Shown: one piece after another, positions 39,828-49,795 of the stretch | Position numbering within the stretch: position 1 is the first letter of the stretch | Layout of the letters: the number at the start of each line of letters is the position of its first letter | From: Candidatus Poribacteria bacterium | GTDB lineage: Bacteria; Poribacteria; WGA-4E; WGA-3G | Direction of reading: 5' to 3' | Length of the DNA stretch: 64,000 nt | NCBI GenBank assembly: GCA_965205025.1 | Contig: CBDBFU010000020.1 | Location: 160,001-224,000 of the forward strand | The notes under the pieces: model-generated | The model's input: only the letters and a program-made list of their open reading frames with translations | Told to the model about the DNA's origin: nothing | Database searches by the model: none | Program-made: the position numbers and the translations under genes

Positions 39828-41748
39828 AAACCTTCTCCATTCTTACGTAGACTATAGTCTGAGGTGTTTTGTTTTTGTGTGAAAGACTGTACTTTATTAT
39901 TGGAGGGTGTTACTGATGAATTATTTAGATTATTTCTTGTAGTTCTATGTAAAATAGAAGATCGTGTATTAGAAATCTGAGTTGTTTGATTTGTCGTCCG
40001 ATTATTTTGTGCATACCTTGTTTTTGGAATTGAATCGAACAAGGCAGTTTGTTCAATGTATTTTATTGTTTGGGATGCAATTCTTTTGAATATAGGCGCA
40101 GCAATTATACCACTGAATCTTGCACCAGAAGGTTCATCAAGTGTGACGATGATGGCAATTTTAGGATCCTCTGCCGGTAGGAACCCCATGAATGACATAA
40201 CCTCTTTACCTGCAGAATATCCTTTCCCTTTTTCGGCTTTCTGAGCAGTTCCAGTTTTACCAGCGACACTTACACCGTCAATTCTTGCGCGCCTACCACT
40301 TCCATTCTCAACGACTCCCACAAGAATATCTGACATTTCCTTTGCAATTTCAGGACGTAAGACTCTACGTATTTCAGTTGGGTAATTCATTTTTACAAGT
40401 TTACCATGATCATCCCGTACCTCTTTTGTGATATAAGGTTTTCGTAAAACACCGCCATTTGCTATGACGGTTAATGCGTTAACCATTTGCAATGGGGTGA
40501 CAGAAATGCCCTGACCAAAAGGCACAGAAGCAAGAGAATTTACATCCCATTTACGTAGTGAATACAGATTACCATTCTTTTCATAGGGGAGATCAACACC
40601 AGTCTTCTTGCCAAAACCATACCCTTCTGTATATTCTCTAAATAATTCAGGGCCTAACCTTTCAACAATTTTAATCATTCCTATGTTACTTGACTTATGT
40701 ATAACTTCAGTAAGAGATAAGTATCCTTTTGCTGAAACATCCTTAATTGCTCTACGATTCGGAAGACGGTAACGACCATTCTCACAGAAAACTGTTGATT
40801 TTTGTGACATTATTCCTTCATTCAATACAGCAGAGGATGCAACAATTTTAAAGATTGAACCCGGTTCGAATATATACCATATACCAAGATTCCGCTTTGC
40901 TTCTTCATTCGCATTATTCTGGTCATTTAAATCATAAGAAGGATAGCTTGCCATTGCTAATATTTCTGAGGTAGGAACTGATAGAACTATTGCTGTACCT
41001 CTTGATGAATTCCACTCCTTACAACCTTGGGCAAGTTCTTTCTCTGTGATACTTTGTATATATTCATCTAATGTTAGAATGACATTACATCCCGTATTCC
41101 AAGGCTTAAGGTTGTCGATTGTGATAATGAGGTAGGATCATTTGCAGTATAATTTCCTTGAATAGTGGGTTCAAGTTTTTCAAGATATGTATGATATTGG
41201 AATTCCACACCCTCACCAATATCTAAATCATTTAGATAGCCAATTACTTGTGATGCAAGTTGCTTTTTTGGATAAACCCTTTTTGGATCTACTTCTATCC
41301 TCAGACCTCTATGTTTATTTGTAATTTCTCGAATTTCGTCCAATTTCTCAAAGTCTATTCCTTTTTTCAACCATACAAATTCAACATATCTATCATTCTT
41401 TTTCTTTTTTAACAAGGAGAGAAGTTCGGTTTTAGGGGTGTCTAATATTGGTGCTAATTCTGTTGCCACTGTATAGGCATTCGATTTTCTATTGAGAGTT
41501 TTTGGGTCTGCAGCAACAGATAACCTATCTTGACTAATACCTAATACGGTACCATGTCGATCAAGGATTTTACCTCGTTTAATGACTCGGTTACTTCTTA
41601 TCCGCCAATCAATTCGAGATGCAGTTCTTGCTTCTGAATCAGTATTCTGTAATATATATAACTTCGTAAGAAGGGCAATAAAACCTAATTGTAAACAAAT
41701 TAGAATTAATACCAGCCTACGTATTGAGAGTTTATTTATCTGATTCAT
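39824..41748 (-). CDS. ftsI: Class B penicillin-binding protein FtsI/PBP3, split by a frameshift near 41090-41140 (probable sequence error)
   Basis: N-part has a TM and RGKILDRHG. C-part has GCNVILTLDEYIQ (other frame), EPGSIFK (SxxK), SSN and KTGT. The two parts are contiguous in different frames. Confidence 0.9.
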
Positions 41749-42086
41749 TGACTTCTTATGAGTTTCCTGTCTCGTAATTCAACTATTGATCCTGTATATT
41801 CCACCATTCCAAGTTCATTTGAGATCCTTCGAATTCTATCAACATCAGTTAAGGTGTTTTCGTCTAATTCAAGCTTTTGGATTTCATGCTGAATTTTGCT
41901 CTGCTGCATATCAAAAGCGGGTCTTATACGGATATATACTCTTTTTTGATAAGATGAAAACCATATACTTGCCCCGAATACACATAAGGATAATCCTAAT
42001 ACTAAGTATACAAAAAACATTGCAACTTTCGGTTTAGAGTCTTCTTCATCTGTCAATAGTTTTGATATTGTGTTTGAATCGCGCAT
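41745..42086 (-). CDS. ftsL: FtsL-like cell division protein
   Basis: Single TM, coiled coil and RIRRISNELGM; lies between rsmH and ftsI with a 4-bp overlap. Confidence 0.7.
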   Translation of the reverse strand: MRDSNTISKLLTDEEDSKPKVAMFFVYLVLGLSLCVFGASIWFSSYQKRVYIRIRPAFDMQQSKIQHEIQKLELDENTLTDVDRIRRISNELGMVEYTGSIVELRDRKLIRSQ

Positions 42087-42163
42087 TTGTATAATAAAAT
42101 ATACGTAGTATTGTTAATATTGATACACTTAATTGTTCTTTTTATCCCCTTCTACAAAGATAG

Positions 42164-43118
42164 TCATATCTTAGTTGCAACCCGTAGTTTAGCACTTCTG
42201 GCACGTGGGTTATATTCTATTTCATCAGTAGAAGGAATCACAGGACGTTTTGTAATCATATTTAGAACTTTTTTATGATTACAGATACATATCGGCGTTT
42301 TTGGAGGACAAATGCAATTCTTACTAAGTGTTTGAAACCTTCTCTTAACTATTCTATCTTCAAGGGAATGAAAACTAATAATACATATTCTTGCACCAGG
42401 ATTTAGTAGAGAGATTGCAGCATCCAATCCTTCTCTTAGGTTGTCAAGTTCTTTATTTACTACAATTCGTAATGCTTGAAAAACACGGGTAGCAGGATGA
42501 ATACTCCGACTATTAGACCTACTCCTTGGATTGACATTGATTGGATATGCGTTTTCAACAATATTCGCAAGTTGTAGTGTGGGTGGTAATTCGTTCTTGT
42601 TTACGAGTTGCGACGATTTCCCTAACAACCCGTTTCGAATATCGTTCTTCTCCAAATACTTCAAAAATATTAATAAGTTCTTCTGGTTGACTGTCATTTA
42701 CTATATCTGCAGCAGATATGCCTATTCCAGCATCCATACGCATATCCAAATCACCAGCCTTTTGAAAACTAAAGCCTCTACCAGGAGTATCCAACTGTAA
42801 CGAGGAAACTCCTAAATCCATCATGACACCATCTATACTATTAACACCAATTCTTCCTAATATATTAATTAGATTGGAAAAGTTACCATGAACTAAGTAA
42901 ATTTTATCTTTATACTCATATAACTTTTCTTTAGCGAGAGCGAGAGCCGACTTATCTAAATCTATTCCAATTAAACGACTAATGAAATCACAATGTTTAA
43001 GAATTTTTTGACTGTGTCCACCTAATCCAAGCGTTGCATCAACAAAAATCCCTTCTTGTTTAGGATTTAAATAATTAAGGATTTCTTTTGACAAAACAGG
43101 TATATGGTTCACAGACAT
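42164..43118 (-). CDS. rsmH: 16S rRNA m4C1402 methyltransferase, split by a +1 frameshift near 42581-42583 (probable sequence error)
   Basis: HIPVL, DATLGLGGH, DLGVSSLQLD, then HPATRVFQALRI, SFHSLEDR and NPRARSAKLR. Deleting one base restores ITTTLQLANIVE and gives 317 aa. Confidence 0.93.
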
Positions 43119-43446
43119 TTCTATGTTTCCTCTATTCAATTTATGCAATAATTATGCCATAAAATGTACCATTATTACAAACAAACTTTTAACGATAATT
43201 TACTGCTACTTATCAATTATTTATTTCCATGAATTTCCTTTACTGAGTTTAATGTTTTATGATAGATGTAAATTCATACAGATGACGTACATAAATGGGT
43301 GGATTTGTTAATTCAAGAGATTATTCTCATAAATGAACTGGATTATCAGCTATTTCTAAGGATCTGATAATGTAATTGAATCAAATCGGTAAAATCTGTC
43401 GGATATACTGGACAATGAAGTCTACTATCAGTTAGACCTAATTGTC

Positions 43447-43475
43447 TTGAATAATATAGTCAAAATTGATATACT
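43447..43475 (+). promoter_or_regulatory. Putative extended -10 sigma70 promoter
   Basis: TTGAAT-N17-TATACT with a TG motif before the -10, about 360 nt upstream of nadD. Confidence 0.4.
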
Positions 43476-43837
43476 CTTGATTAGGAAAGTTGTGTCTAAC
43501 AGAATTCAGTAAAGAAGATATTAGGCAACGGTTCTGTACCAAGTATGTATACTTTGTGATTTTACTACACTATGTGTGACGATTGTCGAACGGAACATCT
43601 GGGTCTATGGATCAACACCGAACCAGTCAAGTCATCATTGTGAATGCCTATTCAGAATTCTGCTTGAGTTTATCTGATAACAGTATCTACCTTGGTTGTG
43701 AAAACTAATATGTGCATTTAAAATACCTTTTTCTGTCAGTTAACTTATGAAGTGTCTATTTTATTATTGAACGGTTCATCAGTCAATAAATCCTACGAAT
43801 ACTATCTGTCTACAGGATTTTATGTGAAATAAATTAA

Positions 43838-44433
43838 ATGAAAATAGCTATTATGGGAGGCACTTTTAATCCTATTCATTATGCACATTTGATGAGTGCC
43901 GAACAGGTGAGAGATGGTCTAAATTACGATAAGATTCTTTTTGTTCCAGCTGCCCGTCCTCCACATAAGTCACAACCTGATATGGTGTCTGCTGAACATA
44001 GATATCAGATGGTTAAATTAGCAACTGCAAAGAATCCTTATTTTGATGTTTCACGAATTGAACTTGATCGAAAGGGACCCTTCTTACACTATTCAGACAA
44101 TTAAGGTATTACGCCAAACTCTAAAAGAGTTAACAGAACTTGCTTGGATTATAGGGGCAGATTCATTAATTGAATACAAAATCTGGAAAGATTTCGATGA
44201 TGTGTTAAAACTATCTTCTTTGGTTGTAACGACTCGTCCAAACTATGATTTGGAGCAAGTTCCATTAGAAATCCGAAATCAAATTACAATATTTAGAATT
44301 ACTGGATCAGACATATCTGCAACAGAGATTCGTGATTCGAATTAGAAAATGCCTATCTGTAAGATATCTTGTTCCTGAAGATGTCGTTAATTATATTAAT
44401 AAACATCATTTGTACCGTGATCATTCAAATTGA
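43838..44433 (+). CDS. nadD: Nicotinate-nucleotide adenylyltransferase with two +1 frameshifts (about 44071-44082 and 44336; probable sequence errors)
   Basis: GGTFNPIHYAH, PPHK, SYT, IIGADS and ISATEIR. A third frame continues RIRKCLSVRYLVPEDVVNYINKHHLY to TGA at 44433. Confidence 0.93.
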
Positions 44434-44497
44434 ACATCTAATTTAGATGTTATCCAATCTTTGAATTCCAGCATTCAGAAAGTTGACTTGATATGGA

Positions 44498-44764
44498 GTG
44501 TCTATAATGAAGATAAAATGTAGTCAATGTGGTACTGAATATAAATTTATATATCAGAAGGATTTACCACTCCCTCCAAATTTTCCATTCTGTAGTAAGA
44601 GGTGTAAATCAATTGATTTAGGTAAATGGCTTAATGAAGAATACCGTATTAGTACACCTGTAACTGAAGATGAGGATTTAACCAGAATAGAGCATAATGT
44701 ATATAAAGAAATTCAAGAAGATGTATTGGCTAAACTACTTGAAAATGAAACTGATGATAAGTAG
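44498..44764 (+). CDS. yacG: DNA gyrase inhibitor YacG family zinc-binding protein
   Basis: CSQC...FPFCSKRCKSIDLGKWLNEEYRI with an acidic tail. Confidence 0.88.
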   Translation: MSIMKIKCSQCGTEYKFIYQKDLPLPPNFPFCSKRCKSIDLGKWLNEEYRISTPVTEDEDLTRIEHNVYKEIQEDVLAKLLENETDDK

Positions 44765-44837
44765 ATAGATAACAATTTCGGTAAGATTATTCTATTTATC
44801 AATTTGATCTTGAATCGTTCCTAATGAGAGAATAGCA

Positions 44838-45479
44838 TTGAATATATTTGATTCAGTCGATAAAAACCCACATGTTTCATATCCTACACTGAAAGAAATC
44901 CGACAACATCCTAAGTCAATAGAAATCCAGAATTACCTATCAGAAAAATTAACTTCTGAACGACTTGACCATGTACTTTCAGTACAGGAGACAGCAATTG
45001 AATTAGCTCATTTCTACCAAGCAGATGTTTGGAAAATAAATTTAGCTGCATTACTTCATGATGTTGTAAAATGGATGGATGATGGACAATTATATGCTGC
45101 TGCTGCAGAATATAAAATAGAACTTGATCCAATTGAGAAGATTATGCCAGTTTTATTACATGCAGTTATTGGTGTGAAGTATGCCATAACTTTATTCAAT
45201 GTTACCGATTTGGATGTACTTGAAGCAATACGAAATCACACAACAGGAAATACCTCAATGGGTATCATATCAAAACTATTGTATGTGGCTGATTTTTCTG
45301 AACCAACTCGTGAATATATAGAAGCAGAATATGTTAGAGAATTAGCACAAAAAGACTTAGATCAAGCTGTACATCACGTCGCACGATATCAGATTGAATA
45401 TTTGCTAAAGAAGGGTTGGATCATTCATCCTAATACTCTTCAAACCTATAATCACACTCTGGTTAATGCAAATGTATAG
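44838..45479 (+). CDS. yqeK: HD-domain symmetrical Ap4A hydrolase, YqeK family
   Basis: RLDHVLSV, AALLHD, AIRNHTTG and YVADFSEPTR; nadD/rsfS context. Confidence 0.9.
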   Translation: MNIFDSVDKNPHVSYPTLKEIRQHPKSIEIQNYLSEKLTSERLDHVLSVQETAIELAHFYQADVWKINLAALLHDVVKWMDDGQLYAAAAEYKIELDPIEKIMPVLLHAVIGVKYAITLFNVTDLDVLEAIRNHTTGNTSMGIISKLLYVADFSEPTREYIEAEYVRELAQKDLDQAVHHVARYQIEYLLKKGWIIHPNTLQTYNHTLVNANV

Positions 45480-45602
45480 TAAAATGTAGTTTCACAGAAG
45501 ATATGTCAATGAAATCTTCGTGTTTTGATTGATGTTATACACTTAAGAAAAATAGAATAAAGTTATATGTTTGAAGAAATTATGATTGCTTCAACCTAAA
45601 AT

Positions 45603-45822
45603 TAACGTGAATTTGATAATAGGTAAATGAACTTCATTTTCCAAATATATCACTCTTATAGGCCTGGTAGATGCGGTTTTATGAATTTTAAATAAGTAAT
45701 GGGGTAATGCAATCCATAGAATTATCGTACTGTCTGGGTTGTCCCGTATATTACAGAATTTTATAATTGATCTTCATTAACCACACCAAAGTATGAAAAT
45801 CTGATTTATCAAACTCACGTTA
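45603..45822. mobile_element. MITE-like element A (220 bp)
   Basis: TIRs TAACGTGAATTTGATAA (45603-45619) and TTATCAAACTCACGTTA (45806-45822), 16/17 complementary; no ORF inside. Confidence 0.7.
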
Positions 45823-46020
45823 TAATGACGCTTCTTCTTTTCAAGAATTTTCTCCTACAATGGTCTGGATTGTGAAATTACTTATGACTATTGATTTTTA
45901 GTTAGTATGGACAATTGACAGTAATTCTTGCAGGAAACAGGACTATTGATAATAGGTAGTAATTCTTAACCAGACATCCCCCAGTTAATGAATTAACCCA
46001 TTCATTAGGAGAACTATAAT

Positions 46021-46464
46021 ATGGACAGCAATCAAACATTGGAAATTATAAAGGCTGCAGCATCTGCTGCAGTAAGTCATCGTGCGCAAAACCCTGTAAT
46101 TCTTGACCTTCGTGAGTTGGATTGCTTTACAGATTTTTTTGCTATTTTTAGTGGTATTTCAGATATTCAGGTTGAAGGTATTTCTGAAGCGGTATTAGAA
46201 GAACTGGAGGTAAATTGGGACCAACGACCTTGGCACCGAGAGGGTGCACAAAAAGCTGACTGGATTTTGTTAGACTATGTAGATTTTGTTATACATGTAT
46301 TCTTGGAGGAGAAACGTTCCTACTATAGTTTGGAAAGACTGTGGGCAGAAGCACCACATGTAGAAATACCAGATTTCGATGGGATTCCTATCACCGATCA
46401 ACCTGAAGAATTTGATGAAGATGAAATGGTATTAGGACTTGTTTCTGATGAAAGTGAGAAGTAG
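46021..46464 (+). CDS. rsfS: Ribosome silencing factor
   Basis: DFFAIFSG, WILLDYVDFVIHVF and RSYYSLERLW; AGGAG SD. Confidence 0.95.
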   Translation: MDSNQTLEIIKAAASAAVSHRAQNPVILDLRELDCFTDFFAIFSGISDIQVEGISEAVLEELEVNWDQRPWHREGAQKADWILLDYVDFVIHVFLEEKRSYYSLERLWAEAPHVEIPDFDGIPITDQPEEFDEDEMVLGLVSDESEK

Positions 46465-46637
46465 AAGGATGTTTTATTTTATCTAATGTGAATCACATCC
46501 AAAATTTATAGAATTGGATGGGTTTGGAGGTATATTGGTGAGACCACAAACAAAATATTGATGGACATGTTTATTTGTCTGAATCGCTAATTATTCTGAG
46601 GAAGGGATTGTGGTTTTAGGTTGATGGATGAGAGATG

Positions 46638-47372
46638 TTATTCTATTGAAGTTAGAAGAACTGTAACGTTATCTGTTCCACCGAGGGTAAGTGCTCTTTC
46701 GACTAAGTTTTCACTTGCGGCTTCAAGGGAGGATGAAGAAGAGATGATATTTTTTGTTTCTGTATCGTCAATAATTAAATCGTGCAATCCATCAGTACAA
46801 GCAAGAATAGTATCTCCTGCAGCAAGTGGATAGACATCTGTATTGAAGTCTATTGTTTCTGCTAATCCAATCGCTTGAGTAATTATATTACGTTTTGCAT
46901 GTACCCGTCCCTCTTCAGGTGTAATCTCGCCTTTCTCAATCATCTCTTGAACTAAGGAGTCATCAGTGGTAATTTGTGTTAGAATATCGTCGTGTAATAC
47001 ATAAATCCTACTATCACCTACATGGACATAAGTTAGGTAACTTGGGGTAACAAATCCTGCTGTAAGAGTTGTCCCCATCCCTTGATACTGAGGAGAATTC
47101 TGAGCCATAGTATAGACTCTATGATTTGCCTCTATTGCTATTTCTTCTAATATTGTAAGTCTTTTAATCGGACCAAGATCACTCGCCAGGTATGTATTTG
47201 ATTCTGCCCATTCTTCAAAAACTTGAAGTGCAAGTTTACTTGCAATATCACCTCGAGCATGTCCACTCATGCCGTCTGCAATTGCAAATAGACGATTCTT
47301 ATTATCATAATAATAGGAATCTTCGTTTCTCTCTCGAAGTGTGCCGATGTCTGTTTTGGCAACAAAGTCCAT
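46638..47372 (-). CDS. PP2C-type Ser/Thr protein phosphatase (Stp1/PrpC family)
   Basis: RERNED, IADGMSGH, GMGTT, HVGDSR, CTDGL and GTDNVT. Confidence 0.95.
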   Translation of the reverse strand: MDFVAKTDIGTLRERNEDSYYYDNKNRLFAIADGMSGHARGDIASKLALQVFEEWAESNTYLASDLGPIKRLTILEEIAIEANHRVYTMAQNSPQYQGMGTTLTAGFVTPSYLTYVHVGDSRIYVLHDDILTQITTDDSLVQEMIEKGEITPEEGRVHAKRNIITQAIGLAETIDFNTDVYPLAAGDTILACTDGLHDLIIDDTETKNIISSSSSLEAASENLVERALTLGGTDNVTVLLTSIE

Positions 47373-47658
47373 CTTTTTGTCCTTCTTCCGTGTAATTGTA
47401 TACTATTAACGATAAAACAGTATTTCTGTTTCATTTTAATCATTTTGTTATATTCATAATAGTTTCTACGGTATGAATGCAAAAAGGCACATCATGGGTA
47501 ATCCCGTATGGAATTCATAAGGAAATCCCTCTACCCTGGTTGTGAAAATAGAAATTTAGGATTAATACTATAATTCTTACATTAAACTTACATTAGTTCC
47601 TTATACCTGTTCAATAATTATGAAGTAAGACAATAGATACAATTTAAGTATTAGTAGA

Positions 47659-47898
47659 TTGACTAACTTACCCAAACATCATTTTTTTGGTTATTATGGT
47701 ATCAATCCGTGGGATTGTTCTGGAGAATTCCATCTTGCTTTGGAAACTGATTTTCACACATACACACCAAAAACTACCGATGTAGCAAATGTTGGTCTTG
47801 TTAATCGTCTGACTGGTGATTTTATTACTTATGCAACAACTTCTGCTTTCAATCTTCAACAAGGTAGAATGAGTCATAAACTCCATTTACAGTTATAG
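47659..47898 (+). pseudogene. Probable truncated N-terminal fragment of a beta-propeller (TolB/oligogalacturonate-lyase-like) protein
   Basis: HHFFGYYGINPW...TSAFNLQQG resembles, from memory, the N-terminus of ~400-aa proteins. The ORF stops shortly after QQG with no continuation. Confidence 0.5.
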
Positions 47899-47986
47899 AA
47901 AAAATATACCAAAATTGGATTCATACTAAAATAGTGTAGCCAGAAATACCGATAACCATCAGTTTTTATCGAAAAGGAATATTCGA

Positions 47987-49039
47987 ATGGTAGAATCAAC
48001 ATCAATTACTGATCTTCATAATCAATCTCTTGTTATAGATTCACATAATGACTCCATTGTGGCTCATATTCGACGGGGAAATATTAACCTCAAAGACGAA
48101 TATACAAAGAGTGAAAAGACACATAATGGAACAATTTCCTATTTGCGTGGTAAAGTTCCACCAGAAGAAGATGCAATTGGTATTCAGCTAAATATCCCTA
48201 AGATGCGTCAAGGTGGGATTGATGCTGCTTTCTTTGCAGTTGATGTGACCCGTGCATGGAAAAACCATCTATCCTATGCATTGGACGCTTTTGGATGGTT
48301 TGATATGCAGGTAGAAGCAAACACAACTGATATCTGTATAGCCAGAAATAGTGCAGATATACGTACTGCTAAATCAGATGGTAAGATAGCATCTATCTTA
48401 GCTATTGAAAATAGTGAGGGTGTAGAACGTAGTTTGAATATATTACGTTCACTTTATTGTTTGGGTGTTCGGTCGATTGGATTAACCCATAATCCTAATA
48501 CTTGGGTATCAACGGGCATAGATGAAGGAGAAACTGGTGGTGGGTTGACGAAATTTGGTATTGAGTTAGTTAAAGAGATGAACTCACTTGGAATACTTGT
48601 GGATGTTTCACATATAAGTGAACGTGGTTTTTGGGATGTATTGGATACATCGACTAAGCCAATTATAGCAACTCATAGCAATTGTAAAACTTTGTGTAAC
48701 CATCCACGAAACTTAACAAATGAACAACTCAAAGCAATTGCAGCGAATGACGGAGTAGTTGGTATTACCTTTGTACCGGGTTTCATTACTGAGGATGGAT
48801 GGAGTAACCCTCCACCTTTTTCAAAATTACTCAATCATATTGAATATGCTATAGATATCGCTGGAGTTGACCATGTTGGGTTAGGATCTGATTTTGATGG
48901 TGGTGGGGATCTTCTTAAGGATGCATCGGTATTTCCAAAAATCACTGAAGGTTTAATTGAACGTGGATATTCTGATGAGGAAATACAGAAGGTGTTAGGA
49001 GGTAATCATCTTCGTGTATTTGAAATGGTCTGTGGATAG
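47987..49039 (+). CDS. Membrane dipeptidase (peptidase M19) family
   Basis: DSHND, LTHN, VDVSH, THSN, HPRN, GLGSDFDG and LGGNHLRV. Confidence 0.93.
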   Translation: MVESTSITDLHNQSLVIDSHNDSIVAHIRRGNINLKDEYTKSEKTHNGTISYLRGKVPPEEDAIGIQLNIPKMRQGGIDAAFFAVDVTRAWKNHLSYALDAFGWFDMQVEANTTDICIARNSADIRTAKSDGKIASILAIENSEGVERSLNILRSLYCLGVRSIGLTHNPNTWVSTGIDEGETGGGLTKFGIELVKEMNSLGILVDVSHISERGFWDVLDTSTKPIIATHSNCKTLCNHPRNLTNEQLKAIAANDGVVGITFVPGFITEDGWSNPPPFSKLLNHIEYAIDIAGVDHVGLGSDFDGGGDLLKDASVFPKITEGLIERGYSDEEIQKVLGGNHLRVFEMVCG

Positions 49040-49094
49040 GGATCACATTACATTAATTGATTGGGGTATTTCGTTTAAAGAATTCTAATTTTAT

Positions 49095-49296
49095 ATTGTG
49101 AATGATTGCTACATAAGTGTTTTCTTATTTGTAAACCCAAGTGATTTGTGAGTTCTGTTTAGAAGCGAGTCCAAGTTGCTATGGATGTATATCCTTTATG
49201 TCCACACATAAGTCCAACAACGAGGAGACCGAGGATTGACTTCAACGGATGTCGTTTTCCTTTATTGTTGCGTGGGTCAAAAATTTCAGCTAACAT
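49095..49296 (-). mobile_element. Degenerate ISAs1-family transposase remnant (N-terminal part only)
   Basis: Manual translation from ATG 49296: MLAEIFDPRNNKGKRHPLKSILGLLVVGLMCGHKGYTSIATW, stop at 49159, then LGFTNKKT in another frame. Matches the DPR..G.RH.L..IL pattern of the DDE_Tnp_1-associated domain. Confidence 0.75.
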
Positions 49297-49591
49297 ATTT
49301 ATCAAGTGGCAAGATTTTTTTTAGATTATTCACAACTGTGATAAAAAACACCCAGAAATAAGAATATACCTATGAATTTATCAAAAAGATCAGACAACTA
49401 TTTTGAATCAATTCCGAAAAAAATGCTATAGGCAAAATTTGAACATTTCAAGCAATATCAAAACCAAAGAAAACCAACAAGAGAAATATTATATAACTTT
49501 TTTCACAGAAAAATGTCATTTTACAAATTCGTCCGAGAATACAGTCTACGACAAGGGTTATCGCCAATTTACATGAATATAAAAAACCGTA

Positions 49592-49615
49592 AAAAGTTAC
49601 GATTTCGTAACTTTT
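49592..49615. promoter_or_regulatory. Perfect 11-bp inverted repeat (possible operator)
   Basis: AAAAGTTACGA-TT-TCGTAACTTTT, about 180 nt upstream of the PhyH gene. Confidence 0.35.
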
Positions 49616-49795
49616 CGCAAATAATGGTCAAATTATTTACACACCCAATTGATTGATGATTCTGGAATTTAGAGTCTGATTATGATATGATATACCATCA
49701 AATAACATAGTTTTCACTGATACTATGTAATTCTAAACACCATGAAATGTTATCTGAATCATACACATAAGTGTATATTAGGAAGATAGTTTTAT

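Noticed and set aside
43570-43790. 6S RNA call
   Set aside because: GAACC and GGTTC are present but about 150 nt apart, and I could not build the long closing stem. Kept only as an unassigned ncRNA candidate.
39824-44433. ftsI, rsmH and nadD as true pseudogenes or programmed frameshifts
   Set aside because: Catalytic motifs are intact, there is no other decay, I saw no canonical slippery heptamer with a stimulator, and the tight clustering of single-base insertions points to sequencing error.
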